In this document: piece after piece, positions 35,560 through 49,257 of the stretch
Layout of the letters: every line of letters begins with the position of its first letter
Numbering within the stretch: the first letter of the stretch is position 1
Assembly: GCF_001194135.2 (NCBI RefSeq)
Contig: NC_069005.1
Coordinates: 31,343,793 to 31,407,792 of the forward strand
DNA: 64,000 nucleotides
DNA from: Octopus bimaculoides
Taxonomy: Eukaryota
Direction: 5' to 3'
The notes under the pieces: model-generated
Database searches by the model: none
Told to the model about the DNA's origin: nothing
Seen by the model: only the letters and a program-made list of their open reading frames with translations
Position numbers and translations under genes: made by a program

Positions 35560-36360
35560 TGTCATTTGGAAATTCTTGAAAATCAAAAATATTCTTTCAT
35601 TATTTTGAAATTCTTTGTTAATTTGGATTTTTTTAGTATTTGGAAATCTTTGTCATTCTAAAATTATTATTCTGAATTTAACAATCCATTTCCTATTGTC
35701 CAGTTTTCTGTACCACTTCTTTTATGTTCATCTCTTTGTAACTTAAAGGTACACTTTACCAACCTTCACCACCATCATATCTCTCCTTCTTTCTTCTTCT
35801 CTCTCTTTTCCAACTGGAGTACTCCTGTATCTTCTCTACTATACTTTAGCTTTTCATCACCTGACAGAAACCCACCTCCCTTGATACTACTCCCCCATCA
35901 TTACTCCTTTTGCTGTGTAAAAAGCACCCAGTACACTCTGTAAAGTGGTTGGCATTAGGAAGGGCATCTAGCCATAAATACTATGCCAAAGCAGATATTG
36001 GAGCTTGTCACAGTCCTTTGGTTAACCAACTCCTGTCAAATCATCAGCATAGAAAACCGATGTTAAATGATGATGATGAGGAAATTCTTATTTTATTTGA
36101 AAATCCTTATTATTCTGTAATTCTTTATTGTTCTGCTATTCTTGTTATTCTAAAATTCTTTGTTACTCTGAAATTATCATCATTCTAAAATTCTTTTAGA
36201 ATTTTAGAATTCTAGTTCCAACATCCATTGTTATTCTAAAATTCTTTGCCATTCTGAAATTCTTGTTTTAAAATTCATTGTTATTCTGAAATTCTTTGAT
36301 GTTCTAAACTTCTTTGACATTATGAAATTCTTGCTCTAAAATTCTTTGTTATTCAAAACT
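35560..36360. repeat. Degenerate AT-rich minisatellite (~18-20-bp unit, tctgaaattctttgtta-like), interrupted by a SINE
   Basis: Repeated aaattcttt/gttattct units at 35560-35680 and 36085-36360. Confidence 0.6.
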
Positions 36361-36400
36361 ATTATGATAAATGCCATTGTCTTTTGTTTCTGTCTTTCAG

Positions 36401-36487
36401 GAGACATCCTTGCAACAATTGACACCCACCAAGTGACCAATAGCTTAGCTTTGGTCTCTCATTGTGGACGTTTCATTGGATCATCAG
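36401..36487 (+). CDS. TBL2: TBL2 exon 6 (GDILATIDTHQ...VSHCGRFIGSS)
   Basis: TIxTxQ...VSxCGRF. cAG / G|GTTAGT. Confidence 0.94.
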
Positions 36488-37038
36488 GTTAGTTTTGATT
36501 TGATTTTATTTCATTTCTTTTCTCATGACTTTTCTTTTCTTTCTTCGTGTTTTTATGAAAAAAAATGATGTCGTTCTGAGTTTCCAGGAGGAACAATCAC
36601 TGGTGCATTGCATTCTTATAAAACTCACTGTGTGTGTGTGTGTGCATATATTATCAGGTTTTATATATGCATAGTGTATATGAGTGTGTGTATGTGTATA
36701 CATGTCTATATATGAAAACTGGGTTTAAGTTCCTTCCAAAAAGGAATGTGTAGAACTATGTAAATTATGCTGGTAAACACAAAAATAGAATGGGTTCAAC
36801 TCAAAAACGAAGATGATGACAGCAAGACAATCATTCCCATCATCATCGTCAACATCATTAGAATCTGAACCGAGAAAGGCTGAAATTGTGATTCGTGGCT
36901 GCATGTATAGTTGTTGCTGTTTGTAATGTCAGAGGAAAATGTTAAAATTTGCATACAGTGAAATTTAAAACTTCTTTCGTAAATTGCAAACTGTTGACAG
37001 CAGCTGTTCCAAATGTGGCCACCACATCCTTCTCTTCT

Positions 37039-37101
<63 letters not shown>

Positions 37102-37111
37102 TATCAATCTA

Positions 37112-37150
<39 letters not shown>

Positions 37151-37667
37151 CTTATCTGTATGTATACACACACACACACACTATCTTATCTATATATCTA
37201 TCAATTTTTTTCTCTCTCTCCCTTTCTCTCTCAGTGTGGAAATAATTGACTTTGATTGAGGAGCAATTTAACTGCTGAAGGCCTGTCATAGGGGCAGGGG
37301 TGGGATGTGCTACTGTGTGTAGTGGGTGTGTGTAGTGGGTGTAAGGGATGATTATTGTTGTGTTCACCCTTTCTGAAATTTCCTGTGCTGTTACCTTTCA
37401 CCTTCTGTAATGTCATGTGACCTAGTTTTCTGGGTCAAGTGATAAAGTTACAGGTAGTGAGGAGGTGGCTTACAATGGAGATGATGATGATGGACTGATA
37501 AAGTTCATGAACCCCAGCTTCACAGTTTTATGCAATGGGATGCATATATATATATATGTGTATGTATGTATGTGTGTTGATATGGAAATAAAATGTGTCT
37601 ATTTATATATCCAACATGTACATTGAGTACTCATTAGAACTATGGTCTTCTCAGCTCCATACTGGGC

Positions 37668-37698
<31 letters not shown>

Positions 37699-38621
37699 NN
37701 NNNNNNNNNNNNNNNNNNNNNNNNNNNNNNNNNNNNNNNNNNNNNNNNNNNNNNNNNNNNNNNNNNNNNNNNNNNNNNNNNNNNNNNNNNNNNNNNNNNN
37801 NNNNNNNNNNNNNNNNNNNNNNNNNNNNNNNNNNNNNNNNNNNNNNNNNNNNNNNNNNNNNNNNNNNNNNNNNNNNNNNNNNNNNNNNNNNNNNNNNNNN
37901 NNNTATCATCATCATCATCATCATACATCCGTTTTTCCATGCTGGCATGGGTTGGACAGTTTGACTGAAAACTGGTAAGCTGGGGAGCTGCACCAGGCTC
38001 CAATCTGATTTGGCATGGTTTCTACAGCTGGATGCCCTTCCTAATGCCAACCACTCAGGAGAGTGTACTGGGTGCTTTTTATGTGCCACCGGCACAGCAC
38101 TGACATCAGCTACAACTACGATCTCGACAGGTCTTCTCAAAGCACATTGCCTATGTTCGAGGGTGCTTTTCACGTGCCATTTACACGACACTGGCATCAG
38201 CCACGACTACAATTTCACTTGGCTTGATGGGTCTTCTCAAGCATGGTATATCACGATATATATATATATATATATATAGGTATATGTCATGGTTTTAGTT
38301 CCCAGACCGGGTGGGGCATTGTGTTCATGGGTAAAACACTTCATCTCAGGTTGTTTTGCAATCACTTCAACACCTGACACGTAGTACACTGCGTATGTGT
38401 TCAAGCAACGTTGATTTGATGGAGGGAGTGACCTAATTTGCAACACCCATATTTGATCACTATAAACAAATGATTTTTTTTTTTTGCAGGCAGTTCAGTA
38501 AGAAATTGCAGAACCATCTTCCTTAGACTGCTAGAGACTACCATTCATTTATGTGTGTGTGTGTGTGTGTGTGTGTTTACCTTTATGTTTCAAGCGACCT
38601 AATTATTTGTTTATTTAATAG

Positions 38622-38757
38622 GTTTCACACCTGATGTCAAAGTGTGGGAAGTTTGTTTTGACAAGTCTCTACTTTTTAAGGAAGTCTCTCGAGCTTTTGA
38701 ACTGAAAGGACACAGCGCCGGTGTGAAATGTTTCAGCTTCAACATGGACTCCACAAG
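38622..38757 (+). CDS. TBL2: TBL2 exon 7 (GFTPDVKVWEVCF...RAFELKGHSA)
   Basis: Diagnostic GFTPDVKVWEV and RAFELKGH. Confidence 0.97.
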
Positions 38758-39276
38758 GTTACATACATTTTCTATTACATTCTGTGTGTTTGTGTGACAG
38801 ATCTGTCAGTTATTTGTGGCCACCTGAAATAAGAAGATATAGGATGGTCGTACTCAGCTAAGATAAATTATTTCTTAGACTGGAGCCTGGTGTTGCCATC
38901 CGGTTTCACCAGTCCTCAGTCAAATCGTCCAACCCATGCTAGCATGGAAAGCGGACGTTAAACGATGATGATGATGATGTTTCTAGCACTACAAAGCAGT
39001 TTCTGGAGTTTAATTGACTGAAAACAAGATAAGTTCCAATAGGCTCTAGATGTTGTTGATGATGTTACCTCGAGTCAACCTCAATCAAACGAGGTCTATG
39101 ATCAAACACATGCCAGATGTGACCACCCTCTTGTTTTACAAGCAAGGTAAATAATTCCTCCAGTCTATTGAACAATATCCCAAACATGGTTTTGCAGAGA
39201 ATCTCAAACAAAGAAACTTCATTTGCATGAATGGTTATGCTTTGTTTGCGATCAGCACTCACATATGAAGACAAGG

Positions 39277-39327
<51 letters not shown>

Positions 39328-40141
39328 GACACAGAGATCAAGCTCCTTGGTTTCTGTCTACCAAATTTTCACTCACAAGCTATTAGCATGTCTGAGACCA
39401 TGGCAGAAGTCACTTGCCCAAAGTACTATACAGTGGAATTGAACTTGGGAGCTGTGGTTGCAAAACAAGTTTCTTAACCACACAGCCATGCCTGCACCAT
39501 GATGGAAGTCTGTTATTGAAATTCTGACAAGAATAGACTCGCAGAAACAAATATTTATATAAGTGGTAAATTTCAGGATGAGTTTTTGAAATGATAGAAT
39601 GTTTGACATTAGTAATGACCCCAAGTTCAAATCCTGTCAATAGATATTCTGAGAAGGAGGCCTGGGACTAACCTGTGAAATGGATAGTTCAAAGAACTTG
39701 GTCGCTGAGAAGGACGTTCTGACAAATCTATAAATGTTTTGATATTTCATGGGAAAATTGTAGCTGAGGTAATAAGCAGAAGAGAAGTACATATATTCAT
39801 GTTTATATATGTATGAATATATATATGTGTTATTTCTTTACTACCCACAAGGGGCTACACACAGAAGGGACAAACAAGGACAGACAAACGGATTAAGTCG
39901 ATTATATCGACCCCAGTACGTAACTGGTACTTATTTAATCGACCCCGAAAGGATGAAAGGCAAAATCGACCTCGGCGGAATTTGAACTCGGAACGTAGCG
40001 GCAGACGAAATACCACTAAGCATTTCGCCCGGTGTGCTAACGTTTCTGCCAGCTCGACGCCTTAAATATATATATGTGTATTATGTGCACGTGTGTGTGT
40101 TTTTCTCAGTACATAAGGTTTTTTTTTGCTATTTTTTCTAG

Positions 40142-40191
40142 AATGGCCTCAGCTTCTAAAGATGGAACTTGGAAATTGTGGGACACAGATG
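40142..40191 (+). CDS. TBL2: TBL2 exon 8 (MASASKDGTWKLWDTD)
   Basis: SKDGTWKLWDTD. tAG / G|GTAAGC. Confidence 0.96.
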
Positions 40192-40664
40192 GTAAGCTAT
40201 TTCCTTTCTACACACACAAATAAAGAACATGAATACATTCCTTTGGATTTGTTTTCATTCAAAAATTACACAATTCTTCATTTTTCCAATAATTAATAAT
40301 TTGATGAACCAAATGGAATTCTTTCTAATTTTGACACAAAGCCAGCAACTTTGAAGGAAGGGATCGAGTTCCATCACATTGACCCCAGTACTTAACAAGA
40401 GTCAAGTACTTATTTTTTATCAACCCCAAAAGGATGAAGGGCAAAGTCCACCTCAGCAGAATTTGAACTCAGATGCTATTCTTGATAATTTTTACAACAC
40501 TGTTTTCTAACTATTAACACTCATCTATTTATATATTTGCATTAGATTTTTATATATTTGTGTATTAATGAATTTTTGATATGTCTTAATATTTTAGCGA
40601 CTGATACATTGGTATACTTTAAAGACTGCTATGCATTGATCTATTATTAAATTCTCTTATACAG

Positions 40665-40844
40665 TGCAATACAAAAAACAACAAGATCCATACCTGTTAT
40701 ACACTGGGACCTTCCATTCGAACCCATCACACATTGTTTTGTCACCTGATTCACGAACTGTTGTAATGTCTCATGGAAACAAAATTGTTGTCTTCAACAC
40801 CTTTTCAAAAAAAATTGAAATGGTGATGGAAAATGTTCATGAAG
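40665..40844 (+). CDS. TBL2: TBL2 exon 9 (VQYKKQQDPYLL...ENVHE)
   Basis: YKKxQDPYLL. cAG / G|GTATTT. Confidence 0.95.
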
Positions 40845-42156
40845 GTATTTAATCATTTAAAAAAAAAATTTTGTCTTTGTTCTTTTGTTTGTTTGTTTTC
40901 TCGCTTCCCATTTTTCTGGGCTTTAAACCACCACTGCTTCCCACTCACTCCATTTTTACATGTACTCTTTTTTGCTCTCTTACTGGTTTCAGTCATTGGA
41001 CTGCAGCCATGCTGGAGCACCGCCTTGATGGGTTTAGTTGAACAATCTACTAACACCACCCTACTCCTCCCCTCACCTCAACTTCCCCAGGATTCATTTC
41101 TAAATTTGATACTTATTCTGCCAGTCTCTCCTGCTGAACAGCTAAGTTATAGGAACATAAACAAACCAACACTGGTTGTCAAGTGGTGATGGGAGACAAA
41201 CACGGACGTAAAGACACACTTACACAATACACACACACACACATATAAATATGTGTATGATGGGCTTCCACCCAGTTTCTGTCTACTAAATTCACTCACA
41301 AGACAAAGGTATTCTAGACATGTGACCATCCCATCTTTTTCCTACATGCAGGCCCCAAGACCACATTATCCTTTTTTTTTTTTTTCCACAAACTGGTTTA
41401 TGATTTGAGGGAAATTTAGCTGTTATTTCTAGCAGGTTGAGCAACCATGTAAAGGCTCCCTTTTTTAGTTTGAGATTAAAAATGTATGTTTTTATCTTGC
41501 TGTGTTTAGATTTTATTTTATTTTGTATAAAGATTGTCCGGGAGAAAAATCTCATTTTATAAGAGGAAAAAACAATTTTATCAACCGGATTCCAATAACG
41601 GTCAAAGAATGCTGTTTTGATTGCTGCAGCAAAGATTTTACTGCAACCAAAGTTGGTAGTGTTCTCCATTTCTAAGCACAGCATCTTAACACAGGCTAAA
41701 TCAATATAACATAATACTGGTACACACACACACATGCTCACTTTTTCTCTCTCTGTTTCCATTAAACTAAACATGCATGTTTTTTCCTCTCCCTGAATTA
41801 ACCACCCATTCTAAGTGGGCTTCAAAATCCCTTTAATTTAACAAAGTAATCACCCTACTAGCCCCTTTTTATTATTATTATTATTTTAATTATTCCTCTC
41901 TAAATTCAATAAAGTTAATCAATCACGTTCTGGGGTTTTCATCACTCCAAAGTTTTTTTGTTTATTTTTTTATTTCAATCAATCATGTTTTTTTTTTCTG
42001 CCAACATTTATAACCAAATACCAAAGATATTGGAAATGTTCTTCACAGTGTGGAGAGAAGTTTGCTTCCTCATTCTTTTATTAAATCTGACATCAACCAC
42101 TGCTTCCTAAATGTTTTTTTTTTTTTTTATATTTTGGTTTCTTTCTTCCCTGCTAG

Positions 42157-42343
42157 GTCCAGTTGAGGGACTTCGGTTCGACAGCAACTCTAAATACTTT
42201 GTCTCTATTGGAGACAAACATGTTCTTATATTTAACAACATCACTGGCTACAGGGCTGCCATTGAAGAACTCAATGATAAACTCAACAAAACAAACTCTA
42301 ACACAGTTGCAGAACGGATTAAAGAACAGATTCAAGAAGCCAC
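42157..42343 (+). CDS. TBL2: TBL2 exon 10 (GPVEGLRFD...GYRAAIEE...QIQEA)
   Basis: Last WD repeat plus C-terminal coiled coil. tAG / AC|GTATGT. Confidence 0.93.
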
Positions 42344-43071
42344 GTATGTATTCCAGCAAGACATTATTTTCAATATTCCAGCCACTCTTTATATCGGGTT
42401 AAACACCACCTTCTGAGTGGTTTATCTTCTAGTTTACATAATGGCATGTTTATCGTCATTGATTTTACATATGTTTTCCATGCTGGCATGGGTTAGAGAG
42501 AACTTTTTGAGGCAGTGTTTCACAGCCATATATCTTACCAGGTGCCCATCCTTTTTGCAGAGGCATAACTAGAGTGTGTGCCACCCACAGTAGTCCTTGC
42601 ATTTGCCACCACTCTCCCAGGGCCTATTCAGGTTTATACAGTAGACTACCTCATGATTGTGAGCCCGATGCTCTAACCACTGAGCTATGATTAATTCAAG
42701 ACATCGTGAATTAATAAGCATATTTGACAAAGTATCCTGAATGCTAAAGGGTTGAAACTAGTCGTGTCTGGCCCAAATATTCTGTTTTATGTTCAAACCA
42801 AAAAGATCCAACCTCTCACACCTACCATACAATGTCATTCTCAAAATAAACCATCACATCACTGAAATCTCAAAGCCTCAAAATAATGCATGATTAATTT
42901 TTAAAAATGGGAATAAATAAGCATTACATTTGACAGAATGATCTGCATTTTAAGGGGTTTTAAAAGGGCTGAAAGTTGTATTCACTCCTACATAAATCAT
43001 TTAAAATGCTTTTACTTACATTTTATTTTCTGTTTGTTTTATCCCTCTTTTAATGTCTCTGTGTCTTTCAG

Positions 43072-43108
43072 TGATGCATTGCAAGAAATTCTTCCAAAAT
43101 CATCGTGA
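43072..43108 (+). CDS. TBL2: TBL2 exon 11 (DALQEILPKSS*)
   Basis: Long polypyrimidine tract + cAG, phase 2, TGA 43106-08. AATAAA at 43163, 43309 and 43504. Total CDS 1347 nt. Confidence 0.85.
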
Positions 43109-45438
43109 ATATGGAGGTAGTTTGAGACTGAGTACAAGGAAACATTGCTGATGAAAAAGACAAATAAAAATCAAATCAACCATTCTGTCTCAGGGACCTG
43201 CTGATTGATCCATGTTCAATACCATTCAAATTATTTTATACCCAACCAACCACCCACCCTCACCACCTTGCAATTGTATTCAACTACACATTGCTGTGCA
43301 ATTTTTCCAATAAAAATAATTGATTTTCAATGTTTTTGCTTAATTTTTTCCATCTTTGTAAAAATTATACATGTACACACACTCAATTACAAACAGTTCT
43401 ATTTAAGTTTATATTATCTGTGTGTGTGTGTGTGTGTGTGTCTGATGACAGCAAGCAAGCTGAAACTTCAAATTCACTGTCAACGTTCTCCTTGTAAAAT
43501 TTTAATAAAACATGTGCTGAAGTACAAAGTATTGAGGAATCCTTTAGTTTACATTATTTCTATATATAACTTGACATAAAAACAATATATATATATATAT
43601 ATATATGTAGAATGTGGCAGAAGTTGTTCTCTGCACATTTTCAGTGTTTATTGCTCCTGAGCATCTGCCACATACAATTCAATGCCAGCACCGAATGACT
43701 GGCATCCGTACTAGTGGAGCGCAAAGAGCACCATCCGAGCGTGATCATTGCCAGGGCCGCTGACTGGCCCCAGTGCCGGTGGTACAAAAAGCACCATTTG
43801 AGCGTGATCATTACCAGCATCGCCTTACTGGCACTTGTGCCGGTGGCATGTGAAAAACAACATTTGAGCGAGAATACATGATTACTCTCGATTTGAACTC
43901 TTGGCAATCAAATACATCAGACAGTGATAAAATATCTCTTCTCATCCGGCCTCTTTCTTCTTCTACTTCCTGTCTGCATATGAAAAACTCTGCTGTCTCA
44001 AAGTGATCTAAATCAAAATCTTCCATCAAAATTTCAAAGTTTCAAGCAGCAGCTAAATAATGACAAAATTATTTTACAAAATTCTTAATTATTCTAAAAA
44101 TAATTGAAACTAAGGAAGAGTATTTCTGCAGAAATACAGCAATGAAAGTGTGAAGAAGGACTGTTTAAAGAAATGTTGACTATTCCACTCTCCACAGCAA
44201 TTTCATTGTACACTTTCAGTCGCTCTCTCTCTCTCTCTCTCTCTCTCTCATGCTCTCTCCCTCTTTCTCACTCAGTTGCTATATTGAAGCCTTGAGATGG
44301 TCAGTCATTACCTCTGACACAATTGTTGTTTGTGTCAGAGATAGGACGCAAACTGATGGGTCTTCTGCTTGGAAGGTTGATACCGTGTTACCTCAACTAA
44401 CTGCAGTGATATTCCTAAAAACAAGTTTACATCACCACTACTACTGCTAATGCCATTGTCACCACCACCACCACCACCACCACTAAACAACCAGCAATAA
44501 CAACAACAAACTGCTTCATTGTTTGCCCTGCCTGACCTTCTGAATAGTGGCTATTGACTGAAAAGTGTGGAAAAAGTCAAAGGTTTTGGCCTAAGCACCC
44601 AATAACCAGAGTGATTATGAGGCCTTAACATCTATTATCTTGAGTTTGGATTGTAGGTATAGCAGTGACATTGTTAAGAGACTAATCTTAATTGGAGTAT
44701 TGTGGTTAGAAGAAGAAGAAAGAGTAGGCTATAAACTTGATAGATGATAAATAGATAGACAGATAGAATGACACAGGGTAATTACATATAGGCTAGCTCA
44801 TGGACAAAAAAATGCAGGTATACAGATACAGCTAAATGGGTGGATAGTTAGACTGACAAACTGAGAAATAAATAGACAGACAGACAGATGGATAAATAGA
44901 TGAATAATTTTAATTACAGAGTTACTAATATGTAAGATGTTTCATCTGAAGAGAGGTAAAAGAAAAACCACCTCCAGAATTCTCAGATTATTGATTATAA
45001 TGACAGACAGACAGGTACAAAGATACTGAACTGATTGACAGGTAAACTGTCAGCCAAATGAATTGAACAATTGGTTTAATAGCATGTGTGTGTGTGTGTA
45101 CACATATATTAATAAGTATATATATATATACTTATATATACACACACATATAGAGAGAGAGAGAGAGATTTGGCTGTAAAAAAACAAGGTAAAAGTTTTT
45201 ATTTTATATTCCCTTCAAAATTGCTCTTAAATGTGGTTTTGGTCGTTTTGGCTGCTCCCTGAGAATTCCATTAAAGGTATGCTTGCCTGTAGAGTGCAGA
45301 AGCAGGCTGTTCCATTGATCGGATCAACCGGAACCCTCGTCATCGTAAGCGATGGAGTGCCAGTTAGCTAATTAGTTATAATGCTTATTTATTCACATTG
45401 TTTTCCCTATGGGCCCTAGGGCTTGAGGCAGTACTTAC

Positions 45439-45619
45439 TTTTCTACAAACGAAGTCCTTTGAAGTATTTGTTCTGCACTGGGCTACGGACACTTCCTTAT
45501 GATTCTCTCCATCAGAAATGTAGTGAACTAATGATTGGCTCACTGGAAACCTGTGACCCATGATATAATAATCCATGATTTGTGATATAAAAGAAAGCAA
45601 TAGGCTGAGGACAGTTGTA
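45439..45619 (-). other. Candidate isolated exon (TTVLSLLLSFISQIMDYY...DFVCRK)
   Basis: Strong acceptor cctgtttcctcttcttAG, perfect GTAAGT donor and one open frame. No convincing partner exons. Confidence 0.3.
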
Positions 45620-46297
45620 CTAAGAAGAGGAAACAGGTATAATCAGTTCTGATAAGGTCTAATCTAATCTCATCTGGTTGGCCAGAATTAATTTAAATTT
45701 TAAAACATATCAACATTATAACAATACTAAGCTAAATTGAATCTTGAATCCAGCGAAGAGAGCTCTGATGAGGTCTCTCAATACTCCACTTATAAAAAGA
45801 GGAAGGATAAACTGGATGATGTAGTCCTATACACAATACCACTACCACCATCATCATCATCATCATCATCATTGTCATCATTATCATTTTTATGCCCACT
45901 TTTCTATGCTTGCATGGTTAGATGGAATTTCTCGAGGCAGATTTTCTACACTCAGGTGCCTTTCCTGTGGCCAACCCTCACTTGTTTCCCAAGCAAGGTA
46001 ATATTTCTCTATGGTCATAAGTACAGCCCTTCCCTCTGTAACTGAACCATGAATGAAAACAAGCAATTGTTCTGAATTCAGTTTACTTAGATAACAACAG
46101 ACCATTGCTTCTATTTTAACTGCTGAATGGTTTAACACTGGGAAAAAAACAGCTGCAGAATATTTGTCCCAAAACATGCCAGCAATTTAAATTTATCAAA
46201 ATATCTCAACTTTGCTTGAATAGGGATGATAAAAAAAAAAGAAACAAACATGCAAGAAAAAAAGATGGGACACTGTTGAAAAATCCCTAACAAAAAT

Positions 46298-46460
46298 GGC
46301 TGTGTGATAAGAAGCTTGCTTCCCAACCACATGGTTCTAGGTTCAGTCCCACTGTATGACACCTTGGGCAAGTGTCTTCTACAATAGCCTCAGACTGACT
46401 AAAGCCTTGTCAGTGGATTTGGTTGGTAGACGGAAACTGAAAAAAGCCCATCATATATTT
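46298..46460 (+). mobile_element. Fourth tRNA-derived SINE family (atggctgtgtggttaagaag head), 5' part
   Basis: A/B-box-like head. Copies at about 14986, 17955, 25750, 39320(-), 56060, 59940 and 61290. Confidence 0.8.
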
Positions 46461-46499
46461 GTGTGTGCATGTGTGTTAGTTTATTCCATTCTTCAGTAA

Positions 46500-46801
46500 T
46501 TCTGTGTATGAAAAAAATGTTTTTGAAAGGCATGGATGCTGCATTGTTTTTTGATTTTGTAAGCATGTCAACGAGTGTTGGACATATGGAGGTCAAAATG
46601 GTGCCAGAGGTTGTTATTGGAAAGATGGTGGATAATCTTGTGGGTGTCTTCCTTTGTCAGATGATCCTGAAAAATCTTAAAACCAAACATAGACTTTTCC
46701 ACTTTAAGTCTCGGCATTCTTTTCCAGAAAAGCCTGGTGTCATCTACATTGAATACCAATCTTCCTTTTGAAGAATTGTCATCAGGCTTATGTGGATACA
46801 C
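46500..46801 (-). mobile_element. Tigger/pogo DDE transposase remnant
   Basis: LVFNVDDTRLFWKRMP...SMFGFKIFQDHLT resembles the pogo VFNxDETGLFWKxMP...GxKxxKDRLT motif. Confidence 0.75.
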
Positions 46802-47371
46802 TAAGTCTGCAATTCAAACCAAAAAGAAAGAAATGGTTCCAGTTCTTTGATGATTTTTGCTTCTGTTTTGGGGTCATTATGATGTTCTTCATTCTTAGAG
46901 CAATATCTTAGATGTGAGTTAAAACCCTTTTCTTATCATGAATAATTTTAGATACCATTGTCCGTCTTAAACTTTACACACATGTTATCACAACCATCAT
47001 TTCTTGATGATGAAAGGGCAGAGTATGAATGAAGGACCAGAACTGAACACATTTCTTGCTGCAGAAGAGCAACTACACACACACACACACACACAACACC
47101 GCATACATGTTCTCTATTATCTATTTGGTCTTTTCTTTCTCATTTTCTCTCTCCCTTTCTTTCTTTATCGTTATCATTATCTTCATCTTCCAGTTGCCTT
47201 CTTTCTACTTCCTCTCCAAATAGTTATGTCTTGCTATGTATCCAACCGTAGGCATTAGTTCTCAGGAACTTGATGCAAAATTCGGTGTTAAGCACTTATT
47301 CCAACATTCTACATTTACTTAATGGATATTAGCGTCAAATCTCTCTCTAAAATTTTAAAATTTAAAACTTT

Positions 47372-47438
<67 letters not shown>

Positions 47439-47534
47439 AATACATGTATGTATCTATGTATATATATATGTATGTCTATATATGCATGTACCTTGCAAGT
47501 TTACTTTATGTATGTCTCTCTATACACACACACG

Positions 47535-47575
<41 letters not shown>

Positions 47576-48299
47576 GCACATATGTATGATGTATGCATAT
47601 GCGCATGTAAACATACATACACAAAATGAATATACACATGTACACACACATGCAGTACGCTTAGAAACACCGAAATATTTGTGTATAACATCTTCCGAAC
47701 ATGTAGTGGTACATAATAGCAATATTCCGTACGTAAATTTTAATTAAGAACAAGTAAACAATTAACAGCGAATAAATGTACAGCAATTAAAATTTGCCTC
47801 TTATCTCGTTATATTTATTGTGTGTATGTGTATAAATACTTATTATCTGTATAAATTATTAACCCGCACGGATAAACTGCTGTGACAACACATACATGCA
47901 TGATCATACACAGATATTACGCACATGTGTGTTGCAATCGACCTGGAAATATATTAACAAATTTCATAAGTAAGCGGTAAACGTTACCAGTAAAGAGAGA
48001 GAGAGAGAGAGGAAACTGTAGTTTAATATTTTTGCTAAGTTAAAGTGTTTGGGTTTTTTTTCTATCCTTCTCGTTTAAGTGTTTAGATTTAGGTTTTTCT
48101 TTCACCACAAAAAGTTCTCTGTCAGTCAGCAACATCTCAATTAATATAGCCATTAAAACAGACAGCTAATTATCCCTCTTCCCCGTCCCACATATCACAT
48201 ATATTTATGTATATGACACGCATATATGCATACATAAATACAAAAACACACATATATATATGTGTATATTCATGTATGTATAAATGATCTTTTAACGCA

Positions 48300-48900
48300 G
48301 AGATAGTTTGTATTCCTTCTTCTGCTTTCTCTCTTATTTATTTATACTGTCGTTGTCTACCCGGCTGTCTATCTCGTTCCCTCACTAACTTTTGTTTTCC
48401 TTCTCCGTCTCTTCTCACACACGACTTACCCTTTCTGAGTCACTCTCGTTCTCTTTTACTCTTATCTCTCTCTCTTTCGCTTTCTTTCTCTATAATGTAG
48501 TTGTCCATACCTCTCTATCTCGCTTCCTTACTTTTATTTTACATACCTCCTCCATTATCGCCACCACCCCTTAATATCCTTTCACTTCTATCTATCTATT
48601 CCTCTTTCTCCCATTCCCTCTTTTTCTAACCCTTCTATCGTTCTCACTCTCCTTTTTATTTCACTCCGTCACTTTCGTTTTTCTCTTCCTCTTCCTCTCA
48701 CACACAACTTACTATTTTTTGAGGCACCCTCATTCCCCTCCCACTATATCTCTCTGTGTCTCTCGCATTTCTTTTCTTTCCCCTCTCTCTCTCCCTCACA
48801 TATATCTATCTGTCTATCCCTATCCCGTCCCTCCCTCTCTCTCTCACTCACTACTGGCTTCCGGCGCCTCGACTCCATCTAACATGATGGCGGAGCACTC
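48300..48900 (+). promoter_or_regulatory. Probable Mondo promoter: ~550-bp CT-rich tract, ETS-like CTTCCGG (~48858), YY1-like ATGGCGG (~48887)
   Basis: Motifs read directly and located 0.4 kb upstream of the Mondo ATG. Function is inferred. Confidence 0.45.
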
Positions 48901-49183
48901 TCTACTCGATCCTCTCTACGACTATAAAACGTTCACTGTCAAATTACAACTTTGTGCATCCTTCATAACATCGCTCGTGTGTAGTTACCCATCCTCAATG
49001 AAACCAAGTGACATTCTAGCCAAGAATTTTGGCCAAATATTCGCTAAATACCAATTCGTGAAGCACTTTTCATGCGACCCTTTCACGCTGTCTTTGCTTC
49101 ACTGAAATATTTTGCGAAAAGCTTGTGTTTAAACACCAAATGACTCCTTTTTCTTTTCCTTCTTGCTTTTATTTCTTTTACAG

Positions 49184-49212
49184 ATGAATTATTTTGCGTT
49201 TAACAAAGGCGG
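49184..49212 (+). CDS. Candidate alternative short first coding segment of Mondo (MNYFAFNKG-), otherwise a 10-codon uORF
   Basis: Polypyrimidine tract + cAG at 49181-83, ATG immediately after, donor GG|GTGAGA. Phase 2, identical to the long exon's donor. Confidence 0.4.
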
Positions 49213-49257
49213 GTGAGAATTTATTTTTTATCTTGAAAGTTACGATTTTGTTATGTG

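Noticed and set aside
48884-49105. MMAEHSLL... as the true Mondo N-terminus
   Set aside because: It is out of frame with the MCR exon, ends in a stop, and has no good donor. Treated as a uORF instead.
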